DNA of 64,000 nt from Gemmatimonadota bacterium (GCA_022825725.1 JAJDWE010000020.1:6578-70577), one strand, 5' to 3'; numbered from the stretch's first letter, positions 34,415 through 43,968 are shown. Numbers and translations are program-made. Notes: generated from the sequence alone by a model not told the origin.

Positions 34415-37400
34415 TCAGCTGATCACCACCCGCCTCCAGTTCGTAATGATCTTCGGCGCGTCCTCCAGGAGGTCGTTGAGGTCGGCGATCACGCCGTTCA
34501 CGATGCCGGAGAGCTCCTCGGCCCGCTGAGCGGCGCCGGCTTCGATCTCCGTCAGCACCTCCATCTGCCCGACCGTCGGTCGCGCCTGCGGGCCCGAGAC
34601 CGCGCGGGAGATGTTGCGAAGCTGCTCGATGAGGCGCGGCCAATCGCGGTAGCCCATCGATCCCGGCGGACGCCGCACTTCGCTCGACACGGCCGTCAGC
34701 TGACTCTGAGCGTCGTCGGCGACGGATCTCACCTGTTCTTCGTTCGACAGGTCCTTGCCTTCGATGGACTCGAGGAGTCCGTCGATCTGTCCGTCCAGGT
34801 CGATGATCGTGCCCATCATCTCATTGAGTTGCGTCTCGAGGTCGCGTGCGCGCATCGCCGCGGCGAAGCGCTCGTCGTACACGGCCTGCGAGGCCGCCAC
34901 GTTGGGGTCGCCGCGGAGCTGGAAGTCCTTCGACAGCTCCGTGCCGCCCACGTCGATCGTCGCCGTGTAGGTGCCCGGAACGGCGGGCGGGCCCGTCGGA
35001 CCGAAGAAGAAGAACCCTCCACCCGGAGGACCCTGTCCCGGAATCGGTTCCGCGCCGGTCCAGCGGAGGTCCCAGACCGCGCGGTTGACGCCCGGCGTGA
35101 CGTCGCGGTGCTCGAACTCGCGCACGAGGGTGCCGTTGCGGTCCGTGATGCGTACGTCGACCGAACTGCCCGCGGCCTCGGCGGCGTCCTCCGAGAGATG
35201 GAAGTGGATCCACGCGCCGGGGGCGGGGTTCTCCCCCGCAAAGCGGCTCTGGCCGAAGTTGCTGGTGCGGCCCCACATCTCCCACTCCGTCGCCGTGCGG
35301 ATGTCGAAGAGATGGGCGTCCTGGCCGATGGCCTCGGTCAGCTCGACCATGGGCTGGATGTCGTCGAGGATGAACGCGCCGCGCCCGTGCGTGCCGATGA
35401 CGAGGTCGTTGTACTGGCGCTGGATCTTCACGCCCCGCACCGACACGCGCGGAAGGTTGCCGCGGATGTCGACCCACGTGTCGCCGCGGTCCCACGACGC
35501 GAAGATGCCGCGCTCCATGCCGACGAAGAGCAGATCCGGGTTCGACGGGTGCTGCCGCACGACCTTCACGTAGTCGTCCTGCGGGAGCCCGGCGGAAATG
35601 TCGCGCCATGCCTGCCCGTAGTCGCGCGTCTCCCACAGGTGCGGGGTGAAGTCGTCGAGGCGGTGGTTGTCGACGGCCATGTACGCGGTGCCGGCATCCG
35701 TGGGCGACGCCTCGATGTTGCCGATCCAGGTCTCGGCGGGCAGGCCGGGCACGCGGTCGCGGACGTTCGTCCACGTCGCGCCGTTGTCGCGCGTGATCTG
35801 CACGTTGCCATCGTCGGTGCCGACCCAGATCACGCCCGGCTCGAACTCGTCCTCGGCGATGGTGAGGATCGTGGTGTGGAATTCCGCCGCGGTGTTGTCG
35901 AGGTAGATCTCGCCGCCTGAATCGAGCTGCTTCTCCGGGTCGTCGGTGGTGAGGTCCGGGCTGATCACATCCCACGAGTGCCCGTAGTCGTTGCTGCGGA
36001 AGACGACGTTGCCGCCCCAGTACACCGTCGCCGGGTCGTGCGGCGAGATGACGATCGGCGCGTCCCAGTTGAAACGGTACCTCGCCTGGTACATGCCCTG
36101 CCCCACCGAGCCGATCATGAGCGGCCACGGCTCGATCGACCGCATCTGCCCCGAGTTCGTGTCCGTGATGCGGAAGTAGCCGCCCTGCGCGTTCGAGTAG
36201 ATCAGGTTCGGCTGGCCCGGCACCGGCACGGTGTAGAAGCCGTCGCCGCCGGAAACGGTGTAGAAATAGCCGGGCAGGATGCCGCGGCGGTCGTTGAGCC
36301 GGCTCGGCCCGCACCAGTTGCCGTTGTCCTGAAGCCCGCCGCACACGTAGTACGGGTCGCGGTCGTCGACGAAGATGTGGTAATACTGCGCGAGGCTGAA
36401 GTTGCGGAAGATGTGGAAGTTGGCACCTCCGTCGTACGACACCTGCATGCCGCCGTCCGAGCCCGAGAGGATCCGCTCACCGTCTTCCGGGTCGATCCAG
36501 TACGCCTGGTGGTCGCCGTGCACGTCGTTGGCGATGCGCTCGAAGGTCCGGCCCCCGTCGGTCGATTTCGACAGCCCGCCCGAGAGCGTGTACAGCGTCT
36601 CGTGGTCGGACGGGTCGACGTAGACGTCGGAGTAGTAGAAGGGCCGGAAGTTGAGCTGGTTCTTGTTGTCGTTGACCATCTCCCAGGTCTCGCCGTAGTC
36701 GTCGGACATGAAGAGCGTGCCGGCGGTGGGGTATTCGGTGATCAGATAGACGATGTTCGGACGGGACTGCGCCACGCTGATGCCGATGCGGGCCATGGGC
36801 TCGTCCGGCGTGGTCGTGATCTTCTTCCACGAGATGCCGCCGTCGCGCGACACATAGAGCGCCGTCTCCCTGCCCCCGTCGTCAAAGCGCCACGGCAGAC
36901 GGCGGAAGGTCCACATGCCGGCGTAGACGTTGCGGGGGTTCGTCAGGTCGATGTCGATGTCCGAGCACCCCGTGTCCTCGTCGATGAACAGCACGTGGTC
37001 CCACGTCTGGCCGCCATCGGTCGTGCGGAAGACGCCGCGCTCCCGGTTGGGGCCCCATTCGTGGCCCATCGCGCAGACCAGGGCGACATCGGGGTCGCGC
37101 GGGTCGACGACGATGCGCTTGATGCGTTCGCTGTCGTCGAGGCCGAGGTGGGTCCAGGTCGCGCCGCCATCGGTCGAACGGTACACGCCGTCGCCGTACG
37201 AGACCGAGTTGCGCGGGTCGCCCTCGCCGGAGCCGAGCCAGACGACGTTGTGGTCGGACGGAGCAAGCGTCAGCGCCCCGACCGAGTAGGTGTTCTCGTC
37301 GTCCCACTGATGCTCGAAGGTCACGCCGCCGTTGGTGGTCTTCCAGACGCCCCCGTTGGCCGCTCCGACCCAGAAGGTCCGCGGATCGCCCGGTACGCCG

Positions 37401-37567
37401 ATGATGGCCGACACCCGTCCGCCCATGTTCACGGGACCGATGTGTCGCCACTCGATGTCGCCCAGCGCAGCCGAGATGGCGGCGGGGCTTTGGGCCTGAG
37501 CGGGTGTGGCGGCGAGAAGGGCGAAGAGTGCGACGGCGAGCGGGAATGCGCTGCGCGGCAACTTCAT
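34415..37567 (-). CDS. Large secreted BNR/Asp-box repeat protein with sortilin/Vps10-like (PSII-assembly-factor-like) beta-propeller organisation
   Basis: 1050 aa. Signal peptide (AVALFALLAATPAQAQ). Numerous S-x-D-x-G-x-T-W Asp-box repeats (STDGGATWTH, TTDGGQTWDH, SRDGGISWKK, STDGGRTFER, SYDGGANF, SNDYGHSWD, TRDNGATWTN, SWDRGDTWVD). SD GGGAG lies 7 nt upstream of ATG 37567. Confidence 0.75.
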   Translation of the reverse strand: MKLPRSAFPLAVALFALLAATPAQAQSPAAISAALGDIEWRHIGPVNMGGRVSAIIGVPGDPRTFWVGAANGGVWKTTNGGVTFEHQWDDENTYSVGALTLAPSDHNVVWLGSGEGDPRNSVSYGDGVYRSTDGGATWTHLGLDDSERIKRIVVDPRDPDVALVCAMGHEWGPNRERGVFRTTDGGQTWDHVLFIDEDTGCSDIDIDLTNPRNVYAGMWTFRRLPWRFDDGGRETALYVSRDGGISWKKITTTPDEPMARIGISVAQSRPNIVYLITEYPTAGTLFMSDDYGETWEMVNDNKNQLNFRPFYYSDVYVDPSDHETLYTLSGGLSKSTDGGRTFERIANDVHGDHQAYWIDPEDGERILSGSDGGMQVSYDGGANFHIFRNFSLAQYYHIFVDDRDPYYVCGGLQDNGNWCGPSRLNDRRGILPGYFYTVSGGDGFYTVPVPGQPNLIYSNAQGGYFRITDTNSGQMRSIEPWPLMIGSVGQGMYQARYRFNWDAPIVISPHDPATVYWGGNVVFRSNDYGHSWDVISPDLTTDDPEKQLDSGGEIYLDNTAAEFHTTILTIAEDEFEPGVIWVGTDDGNVQITRDNGATWTNVRDRVPGLPAETWIGNIEASPTDAGTAYMAVDNHRLDDFTPHLWETRDYGQAWRDISAGLPQDDYVKVVRQHPSNPDLLFVGMERGIFASWDRGDTWVDIRGNLPRVSVRGVKIQRQYNDLVIGTHGRGAFILDDIQPMVELTEAIGQDAHLFDIRTATEWEMWGRTSNFGQSRFAGENPAPGAWIHFHLSEDAAEAAGSSVDVRITDRNGTLVREFEHRDVTPGVNRAVWDLRWTGAEPIPGQGPPGGGFFFFGPTGPPAVPGTYTATIDVGGTELSKDFQLRGDPNVAASQAVYDERFAAAMRARDLETQLNEMMGTIIDLDGQIDGLLESIEGKDLSNEEQVRSVADDAQSQLTAVSSEVRRPPGSMGYRDWPRLIEQLRNISRAVSGPQARPTVGQMEVLTEIEAGAAQRAEELSGIVNGVIADLNDLLEDAPKIITNWRRVVIS

Positions 37568-37628
37568 GAGAGTTTCTCCCGGGATGGTGGGTGGAGGGGC
37601 GGCGGACCCTCCGGATCGCGTAAGTTCA

Positions 37629-37703
37629 ATGGGCGAAGAGGGATTCGAACCCCCGACCTCCTGCTTGTAAGGCAGGCGCTCTGAACCGGCTGAGCTATTC
37701 GCC
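37629..37703 (-). tRNA. tRNA-Val (anticodon TAC), 75 nt, CCA not encoded
   Basis: The minus-strand sequence GGGCGAATAGCTCAGCCGGTTCAGAGCGCCTGCCTTACAAGCAGGAGGTCGGGGGTTCGAATCCCTCTTCGCCCA folds into a complete cloverleaf: 7-bp acceptor stem, 4-bp D stem, 5-bp anticodon stem with loop CTTACAA, a 5-nt variable loop and T-loop TTCGAAT. Confidence 0.9.
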
Positions 37704-37757
37704 CCGAATCGTGGCCATCCGCGCGGCGTTGCGGCGGGGCCTCCCCGGGCCGACTCC

Positions 37758-37830
37758 CGCTGGCCGAGCCCTCGCTGGCCGAGCCGGCGCTGGCCGAGCC
37801 GGCGCTAGTTGAGCCGGCGCCAGCCGAGGA
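37758..37830. repeat. Imperfect 15-bp tandem repeat, 5 copies (unit CGCTGGCCGAGCCNN), spanning the 3' end of the small membrane-protein gene and its downstream spacer
   Basis: Copies at 37758, 37773 and 37788 are identical 13-mers. Copies at 37803 and 37818 are degenerate. In the reading frame of the gene the repeat encodes LGQRR / LGWRR pentapeptides and the TAG stop sits inside copy 4. Confidence 0.6.
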
Positions 37831-38029
37831 TCAGTCCGGCGGGCAGGAACACCACATAGCCCAGGATGAGCAGGAGCGGCGCGGCCGTCACGGACCCCCG
37901 GTCGAGCAGCACGTACCCGGCGGCGATCGACGTGAGGCCGAGCGCGAACGCCACGTAGTTGGCCACTCCGAACTGGAGGCCCCGCGCGGGGGCGTCCCCA
38001 CTCCTCCGGTCGCGTCTCCCCTGATTCAT
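37805..38029 (-). CDS. Small two-helix membrane protein (hypothetical, 74 aa)
   Basis: Very high third-position GC through the hydrophobic core (VANYVAFALGLTSIAAGYVLL.., LLLILGYVVFLPAGLILGW) supports coding. No SD at suitable spacing, so the start is uncertain. Confidence 0.5.
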   Translation of the reverse strand: MNQGRRDRRSGDAPARGLQFGVANYVAFALGLTSIAAGYVLLDRGSVTAAPLLLILGYVVFLPAGLILGWRRLN

Positions 38030-38102
38030 GCGGGGACGCTAGACCTCCCTCCGACACGCGTCAACCACGATGGGCGCGCGTTCCCGGCACGCCGGGGACA
38101 AC

Positions 38103-39095
38103 TCACGAACTCGTTCGGGCCCATTCCAGGGCCTCCAGGAGCGGCGAGGGGAGGGGCGAGGCGAAGGACAGCGCCTCGCCGGTTCCGGGGTGCTCGAACG
38201 CGAGATGCGCGGCGTGCAGGAAGAGTCGCCCGGCTCGGCGCCGGAACTCTCCGGCCCACCGGCCGCCCGCCCCGCCGAATCCCCGTTCCCAGTTCGGCCC
38301 GTAGATGGGATCCGCGACGACCGGGTGTCCGAGCGATCCGAGGTGCACCCGAATCTGGTGCGTCCTCCCCGTGGCGAGCCGCACGGCGAGCAGTTCCGCG
38401 GCGTTCCAGCGCTCCAGGCGCTTGACGTGCGTCACCGCGGGCCGTCCGGTCTCGCGCACGGCCATCCGCTTGCGGTCGCGGGGGTCGCGCCCGATCGGAC
38501 GATCGACCGTGAAGCGCTCCTCGTCGAGGTGTCCCCAGACCGCGGCGACGTACCCGCGCTCGACTTCGCGGCGCTGGAGCGCGGCGGAAAGCGCTCGATG
38601 CGCCTCGTCCCGGCGCGCGACGAGCATGAGCCCGCTCGTGTCCTTGTCCAGCCGGTGAACGATCCCGGGCCGGCGGTCCCCCCCGATGCTCGACAGCCCG
38701 CCGAGGTGAAAGAGGAGGGCGTTCACGAGCGTGCCGCCCGGATGGCCGGGCGCGGGGTGGACGACGAGTCCTGCCGGCTTCTCGACCACCGCGAGGTCGT
38801 CGTCCGCGTATCGGATCTCGACGGGGATGTCCTCGGGCTCCAGCCGGGTGGAAACCGGGGGCGGCAGTTCGACCTCGATCCGATCTCCCGCCCGCGGCCG
38901 GTATCGCTTCCTCGGGACCTGTCCATCGACGGTCACCCGGCCGTCGGAGATGAGTTGCACGACCCGGGCCCGGCTCAGCGAGAGACGTTCGGCCAGCAGG
39001 CGGTCGAGCCGGTCGCCGGCCGCGTCCGCGCCCTCGCCGATCTCGATGAGCCGCCGCCCGCCCGCACCCTCCGCTTCGGATTCGGGCGGACTCAC
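38103..39095 (-). CDS. rluD: RluA-family 23S rRNA pseudouridine synthase (RluD-like) with N-terminal S4 domain
   Basis: 330 aa. S4-like N-terminus (RLDRLLAERLSLSRARVVQLISDGRVTVDG) and catalytic motif HRLDKDTSGLMLVA. Confidence 0.88.
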   Translation of the reverse strand: MSPPESEAEGAGGRRLIEIGEGADAAGDRLDRLLAERLSLSRARVVQLISDGRVTVDGQVPRKRYRPRAGDRIEVELPPPVSTRLEPEDIPVEIRYADDDLAVVEKPAGLVVHPAPGHPGGTLVNALLFHLGGLSSIGGDRRPGIVHRLDKDTSGLMLVARRDEAHRALSAALQRREVERGYVAAVWGHLDEERFTVDRPIGRDPRDRKRMAVRETGRPAVTHVKRLERWNAAELLAVRLATGRTHQIRVHLGSLGHPVVADPIYGPNWERGFGGAGGRWAGEFRRRAGRLFLHAAHLAFEHPGTGEALSFASPLPSPLLEALEWARTSS

Positions 39096-39096
39096 T

Positions 39097-39636
39097 TCAC
39101 TCGGGGGTCGCCTCCGCCGCCGCAGCCGCCACCTCCCTCTCGCGCCGGCCCTCGAGCCAGAACGAGATCAGCAGCAGTACCGCGCCGACCGTCACGGCGG
39201 AATCCGCGATGTTGAAGATGGGGAAACGGCTCGCACCGATGCCGAAATCGAGGAAGTCCACGACGCCGGCTTCCAGCCGGATGCGATCCCAGATGTTGCC
39301 GAGCGCGCCGGCGGATACGAGCGAGATGGCGAAGATGCGAAGTCGATCCGACGACGGGGTGCCGCGGTAGATGACGCCGAGCACGCCGAGCGCGATCAGC
39401 GAGAGGACGAGAAAGAAGATCCGCGAATGTTCGCCGATGTCGAGCCCGAAGGCGGCGCCTCGGTTGTGCGTGTAGGTGAAGCGGAAGAAGTCGCCGATGA
39501 CCGGCGTCCGCTCGTACAGCTCGAACGTGTTCATGACCCACGCCTTGGTCACGATGTCCAGCGCGAGGATGACGACGATCGGAACGAGCGTCAGCCAGAG
39601 GCGGACCTGGTGATCGCGTCCGGAAGCTTCAGCCAC
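39097..39636 (-). CDS. lspA: Lipoprotein signal peptidase (signal peptidase II) LspA
   Basis: 179 aa, four TM helices. Conserved blocks NRGAAFG and FNIADSAVTVG with catalytic Asp residues. Confidence 0.9.
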   Translation of the reverse strand: MAEASGRDHQVRLWLTLVPIVVILALDIVTKAWVMNTFELYERTPVIGDFFRFTYTHNRGAAFGLDIGEHSRIFFLVLSLIALGVLGVIYRGTPSSDRLRIFAISLVSAGALGNIWDRIRLEAGVVDFLDFGIGASRFPIFNIADSAVTVGAVLLLISFWLEGRREREVAAAAAEATPE

Positions 39637-40015
39637 CCGTCTCCTCCTTCTCCTTGCACCGGATGCAGAGCCGCGCGTGCGGGAGGGCGTCGAGCCGCTC
39701 GAAGCTGATCTCCTCGTCGCAGTCCTCGCACCTTCCGAATTGCTCCGGGTTCCGATAGAGCCGCCTCAGCGCCTCGTCGATGTGGTAGAGCAGCCGACCC
39801 TCCTTGCTCGCGAACAGGAACGCCTTCTCGCGCTCCATGGCGTCCGTCCCCTGGTCCGCCATATGGAAGCTGTAGGCGGCCAGATCGCTGTCCGCCCCCT
39901 GAAGGGAACTCGTGAACGAGTCGTCGTACTGGCCGAGTTCCCGCGTCGCGCGCGACCGGGCCGCCAGCAGTCTCTTCTCGATGTGCTTCCGTTGTTCCGC
40001 GTTCATCCTTCTCAA
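39629..40015 (-). CDS. DksA/TraR-family C4-type zinc-finger protein
   Basis: 128 aa. C-terminal CxxC-N17-CxxC finger (CEDCDEEISFERLDALPHARLCIRC) and a coiled-coil N-terminal region. Overlaps the lspA start by 8 nt. Confidence 0.8.
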   Translation of the reverse strand: MRRMNAEQRKHIEKRLLAARSRATRELGQYDDSFTSSLQGADSDLAAYSFHMADQGTDAMEREKAFLFASKEGRLLYHIDEALRRLYRNPEQFGRCEDCDEEISFERLDALPHARLCIRCKEKEETGG

Positions 40016-43000
40016 GCGCGTTCGTCGACCCCGCCGATTCCGATGCGGACCTCGACATCGTCGATCTTCACCACGGCCGTACTCAGGCCTCCCCGGGGGA
40101 CCGACCCCGTCTGCACTTCCACGGCCAGCGTCTCGCCGGCAACGTAATCCGCGTGCGTCGACACGGCCCGTTCCAGATCCTGCGGCCCCGCCACGCCGAG
40201 GCGGATGCGGTCGGCGACCTCGAGCCCCGCATCGCGCCGCAACCGCTGGACGCGGTTCACGATCTCCCGCGCATAACCTTCGGCTCGCAACGCATCATCG
40301 ATCTCGGTGTCCAGGGCCGCGAGGTAGCCGCCTCCCGTCGCCACGGCGAGATCGGTTAGCGTCTCCTCCTGAATCACGAGGTCTTCGGGCGTTATCCGAA
40401 CCCGTTCGCCTCCGATCTCGACGTCGAGCTGCTCCCCGTCCCTGAGCCTCCTCAGGGCCACCGCATCCAGATCCGCGATCCCGGCCGCGACGGCCGGCGT
40501 GCGGGCCCCGTGTTTCGGACCCAGCGCCCCGAACCGCGGCTTCGCGTATAGCCGGGTAAGATCTTCGCTGTCCCCCAGCGACACAACCATTTTCACGTTG
40601 AGTTCTTCCATCGCAAGCGCCGCCATCGGGTCCGCGAGCACCCGTCCCTCCGGTAGAACCGCATGAAGCGTGCGCAGCGGCTGCCGAATCCGCACCCCCG
40701 CCTTTTCCCGCGCGGCGCGGCCCAGCGCCACCAGGCGCCGGACGTCGTCCATCGCCTGCTCGAGTTCCGGCTCCGAATGCCCTTCCGGCTCCGGGAAATC
40801 CGCCAGGTGGACGGACGCTTCGTCCGTGACCGCTCGGTACAGCCAATCGGACATGAACGGGGCGTACGGGGCGAGCAGCCGCGCGGTCGTGGCGAGACAT
40901 TCGTGGAGCGTCGCGAAGGCGTCGGCGCTCGCGGCCGCGGTCCCCGGTTGCGTCGCCCAGAAGCGGTCGCGGCTCCGGCGCACGTACCAGTTCGACACGT
41001 CGTCGAGCACGAACTCCTGGATGGCGCGCGCCCCGGCTGTGAGATCGAACGCCTCCAGCGCTTCCCCCACGAGCCGCACGACCCGGTCGAGGCGGGCGAG
41101 CACCCAGCGGTCGAGGTCGCTTCGGTCGGAGACGGGGGCCGCGGAGGACGCGGCGTGGGACCACCCCTCCTCGTTCGCGTAGAGGGCGAAGAAGCGGTAC
41201 GTGTGACGGAGTGTGGCGAACAGCTTGCGGTCGGTCTCGCGGAGCGCTGACGGGTCCCACCGCTTCGGCACCCAGGGGTTGGACCCCGAGAGGAAGTAGA
41301 AACGCGTGACATCGGCCCCGTACGTGTCGAGCGCGTCGCGCGGATCCACCGCGTTGCCCCGCGACTTCGACATCTTCCGTCCCTTTGCATCGAGCACCTG
41401 GTCGTTGACGACGACGGCCCGGAACGGTGCGCGGTCGAAGAGGATGGTGGACAGCGCGAGGAGCGAGTAGAACCAGCCGCGTGTCTGGTCGACGCCCTCG
41501 GCGATGTAGTCGGCCGGGAAGTAGCGCTCGAAGGTTTCCCGGTTCTCGAACGGATAGTGCCACTGGGCGTAGGGCATGGAGCCGGAGTCGAACCACGCGT
41601 CAGCGACTTCCGGGACGCGCCGCATCGTGCCGCCGCATGCGTCGACGGGACAGCACCACTCGTATCCGTCGATCCCCGGCCGGTGGGGATCGAAGTCCTC
41701 GGGGAGGCCGCCGACGCGGCGCCCCAGTTCCGCGAAGGATCCGAGCACCTCCCGGTGTTCGTCGCAGTCGGAGCAGAGCCAGATGGGAAGGGGGGTTCCC
41801 CAGTACCGCTCGCGCGAGAGCGCCCAGTCGATGTTGTTCTGCAGCCACTCGCCCATGCGGCCGGATCCCGTCTCGGGCGGATGCCAGTCGATGGACGCGT
41901 TGTGCTCGAGCAGGCGCGACTTCACGGCGGTTGTCCGGATGTACCACGAATCGCGCGCCATGTAGAGAAGCGCATCGTCGCAGCGCCAGCAGTGGGGATA
42001 GCTGTGTTCATACATCTCGCGCAGATACAGCTGGTCGTGCGCGACGGCCCAGTCGCGGAGCGCGCGTTCGGTCTCTCGATCCTTCACGTGCATTCCGGCG
42101 AGTCCGCCCGGCACGGTGTCGAGAAAGCGCCCGTCCCCGCCGACCGTGTGCTGCATCGGCAGTCCCGCGGCCTCGCCCAGCCGGAAGTCGTCTTCCCCGT
42201 ACATCACCGCCGTGTGGACGACGCCCGTCCCGTCGTCGACCGTGACGAAATCCGCCTCCAGCACCGTCCACGCGGTATCGGAGCCGGCGCCGTCCACCGC
42301 GTTCGGGAAGAGCGGACGGTAGCGCCGCCCGGCGAGTTCATCGGCGCGCACCTCCCCGATGATCTCATGGGGGTGCCGCAGCACCTCGGCGACGCGGTCG
42401 CGGGCCAGGATGAGCACCTCTCCCGGCGAAGCTCCGCCGGGCCCGTCGTGCGCCCGTGCCGGGCTCGTGCCGCCATCCGCGCCCTCGGGCAGGACGCGTA
42501 CACGGGCGTAGGGGATGTCGGGTCCCACCGCGAGGCCGAGGTTCCCCGGAAGCGTCCAGGGGGTCGTGGTCCAGCTCAGGATCCGCGCGCCGTCCGGGTC
42601 GTCGACGAGATGGAACTTCATGTAGACCGCGGGTTCGGTCACGTCGCGGTAGCCCTGGGCCACCTCGTGGCTCGAGAGGCCGGTGCCGCAGCGCGGACAC
42701 GTCGGGATGACGCGGTATCCCCTGTACAGCAGGCCCCGCTTCTCGATCTCCGAAAGCGCCCACCAGCCCGACTCGATGAACTCGTTCGAGTAGGTGACGT
42801 ACGGGTCGCCGTAGTCCAGCCAGTAGCCGATGTCCCGGGACAGCCGCTCCCAGGCGTCCTGGTAGCGGAACACGTTGTTCCGGCATTTGTCGTTGAACTT
42901 CCGGATTCCGTAACGCTCGATGTCCGGCTTGCCGGAGATCCCGAGCGAGCGCTCGACCTCGAGTTCCACCGGCAGTCCGTGGGTGTCCCAGCCCGCTTTC

Positions 43001-43239
43001 CGCGGCACGTGATAGCCGGACATGGTGCGGTATCGCGCCACCGCATCCTTGATCGTGCGGGCAAGGATGTGATGGACGCCGGGCGCGGCGTTCGCGGTCG
43101 GCGGCCCCTCGTAGAACACGAAATCCGGCGCAGCCGACCGGGCCGCGAGGCTGCGCTCGAAGGTCTTCTCTTCCTCCCAGCTTCCGAGGACTTCGGCTTC
43201 GAGCCCGCGTACGGACTCCGGTATCGGCCGGTAGGCCAT
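40012..43239 (-). CDS. ileS: Isoleucine--tRNA ligase IleS
   Basis: 1075 aa. HIGH-region context (PPTANAAPGVHHILARTIKD), KMSKS loop (KGRKMSKSRGN), editing CP1 domain and C-terminal Zn-binding region. SD GGAG lies 7 nt upstream of the ATG. Confidence 0.95.
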   Translation of the reverse strand: MAYRPIPESVRGLEAEVLGSWEEEKTFERSLAARSAAPDFVFYEGPPTANAAPGVHHILARTIKDAVARYRTMSGYHVPRKAGWDTHGLPVELEVERSLGISGKPDIERYGIRKFNDKCRNNVFRYQDAWERLSRDIGYWLDYGDPYVTYSNEFIESGWWALSEIEKRGLLYRGYRVIPTCPRCGTGLSSHEVAQGYRDVTEPAVYMKFHLVDDPDGARILSWTTTPWTLPGNLGLAVGPDIPYARVRVLPEGADGGTSPARAHDGPGGASPGEVLILARDRVAEVLRHPHEIIGEVRADELAGRRYRPLFPNAVDGAGSDTAWTVLEADFVTVDDGTGVVHTAVMYGEDDFRLGEAAGLPMQHTVGGDGRFLDTVPGGLAGMHVKDRETERALRDWAVAHDQLYLREMYEHSYPHCWRCDDALLYMARDSWYIRTTAVKSRLLEHNASIDWHPPETGSGRMGEWLQNNIDWALSRERYWGTPLPIWLCSDCDEHREVLGSFAELGRRVGGLPEDFDPHRPGIDGYEWCCPVDACGGTMRRVPEVADAWFDSGSMPYAQWHYPFENRETFERYFPADYIAEGVDQTRGWFYSLLALSTILFDRAPFRAVVVNDQVLDAKGRKMSKSRGNAVDPRDALDTYGADVTRFYFLSGSNPWVPKRWDPSALRETDRKLFATLRHTYRFFALYANEEGWSHAASSAAPVSDRSDLDRWVLARLDRVVRLVGEALEAFDLTAGARAIQEFVLDDVSNWYVRRSRDRFWATQPGTAAASADAFATLHECLATTARLLAPYAPFMSDWLYRAVTDEASVHLADFPEPEGHSEPELEQAMDDVRRLVALGRAAREKAGVRIRQPLRTLHAVLPEGRVLADPMAALAMEELNVKMVVSLGDSEDLTRLYAKPRFGALGPKHGARTPAVAAGIADLDAVALRRLRDGEQLDVEIGGERVRITPEDLVIQEETLTDLAVATGGGYLAALDTEIDDALRAEGYAREIVNRVQRLRRDAGLEVADRIRLGVAGPQDLERAVSTHADYVAGETLAVEVQTGSVPRGGLSTAVVKIDDVEVRIGIGGVDERA

Positions 43240-43317
43240 GGAGGTGCTCCGTCTGGTTGTTCCTGGATGGTCGACGCAGTCGTCGGAACGGCGGGCGTGC
43301 GCAGCGGGGTGCTGCGG

Positions 43318-43968
43318 TCAGGTCGACGCGGCGCCCGAACCGCCAGCGTCGACCCGGCTAATCGATGGAGGCGGGGGCTCGGTATTGGACGACTCCGGAG
43401 CGACAGGCTCGGCGGCGATGGGCTCGGCGGCGGCAACCTCGCGCGCGCCGTCCCCGCTCACTCCTCGCAGCCGCTCGATGAACCGGTCGAGATCGCCGGC
43501 TCCATCTCCGAACCGTTCATCCTCGAAATCGAGGTATTCGTCGAAGCGCTCGAACAGTTTCCGCAGCGCGGCGAGGAAGCGGCTCCGGGTCGCCTTCAGG
43601 TCTTCGACCTTGTCGTGGCAGAGGCGGACGGCCCGTTCCGCGTCGGCGAGCACGGCCCCCGCGCGCATCTCGGCCTCGCGGAGCCGCACGGCCGCATCGC
43701 GCTCGGACTGCAGGCGAGCCTCCTCGCGCAGCTCCTGTGCGGCGAGGAGCGCTTCGTTGAGGGCCTTCTCGCGAGCCCTGTAGCTCTCCAACTGGTGTTT
43801 CTGCTGCTCGATCCGGTCGCTGAGCACGACGTGCTCGCGCACGTGGCGTTCGAGGCAGTCCGCCACGACCGCGAGGAACGCATCGACCTGCTGTGCGTCG
43901 TACCCGCGCACGGAACGCCTGAAGTCGTCCTTCTTCTTGCGGACGTCAAGCGGTGTAAGGTCGATCAT
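43318..43968 (-). CDS. divIVA: DivIVA-domain cell-division/polarity protein
   Basis: 216 aa. N-terminal DivIVA lipid-binding motif (MIDLTPLDVRKKKDDFRRSVRGYDAQQVDAFL) followed by a long coiled coil. Confidence 0.8.
   Translation of the reverse strand: MIDLTPLDVRKKKDDFRRSVRGYDAQQVDAFLAVVADCLERHVREHVVLSDRIEQQKHQLESYRAREKALNEALLAAQELREEARLQSERDAAVRLREAEMRAGAVLADAERAVRLCHDKVEDLKATRSRFLAALRKLFERFDEYLDFEDERFGDGAGDLDRFIERLRGVSGDGAREVAAAEPIAAEPVAPESSNTEPPPPSISRVDAGGSGAAST

Noticed and set aside
37704-37757. Possible dedicated promoter for tRNA-Val
   Set aside because: No convincing -35 or -10 hexamers in the GC-rich spacer. The tRNA is more plausibly co-transcribed from the upstream small-ORF and repeat region and processed.
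43240-43317. GC hairpin (CGCAGC-ACCCC-GCTGCG) just downstream of divIVA in the ileS leader
   Set aside because: No U tract follows it and ileS begins 40 nt later with its own SD. It is more likely incidental secondary structure than a terminator or T-box-like leader, and no T-box features were seen.
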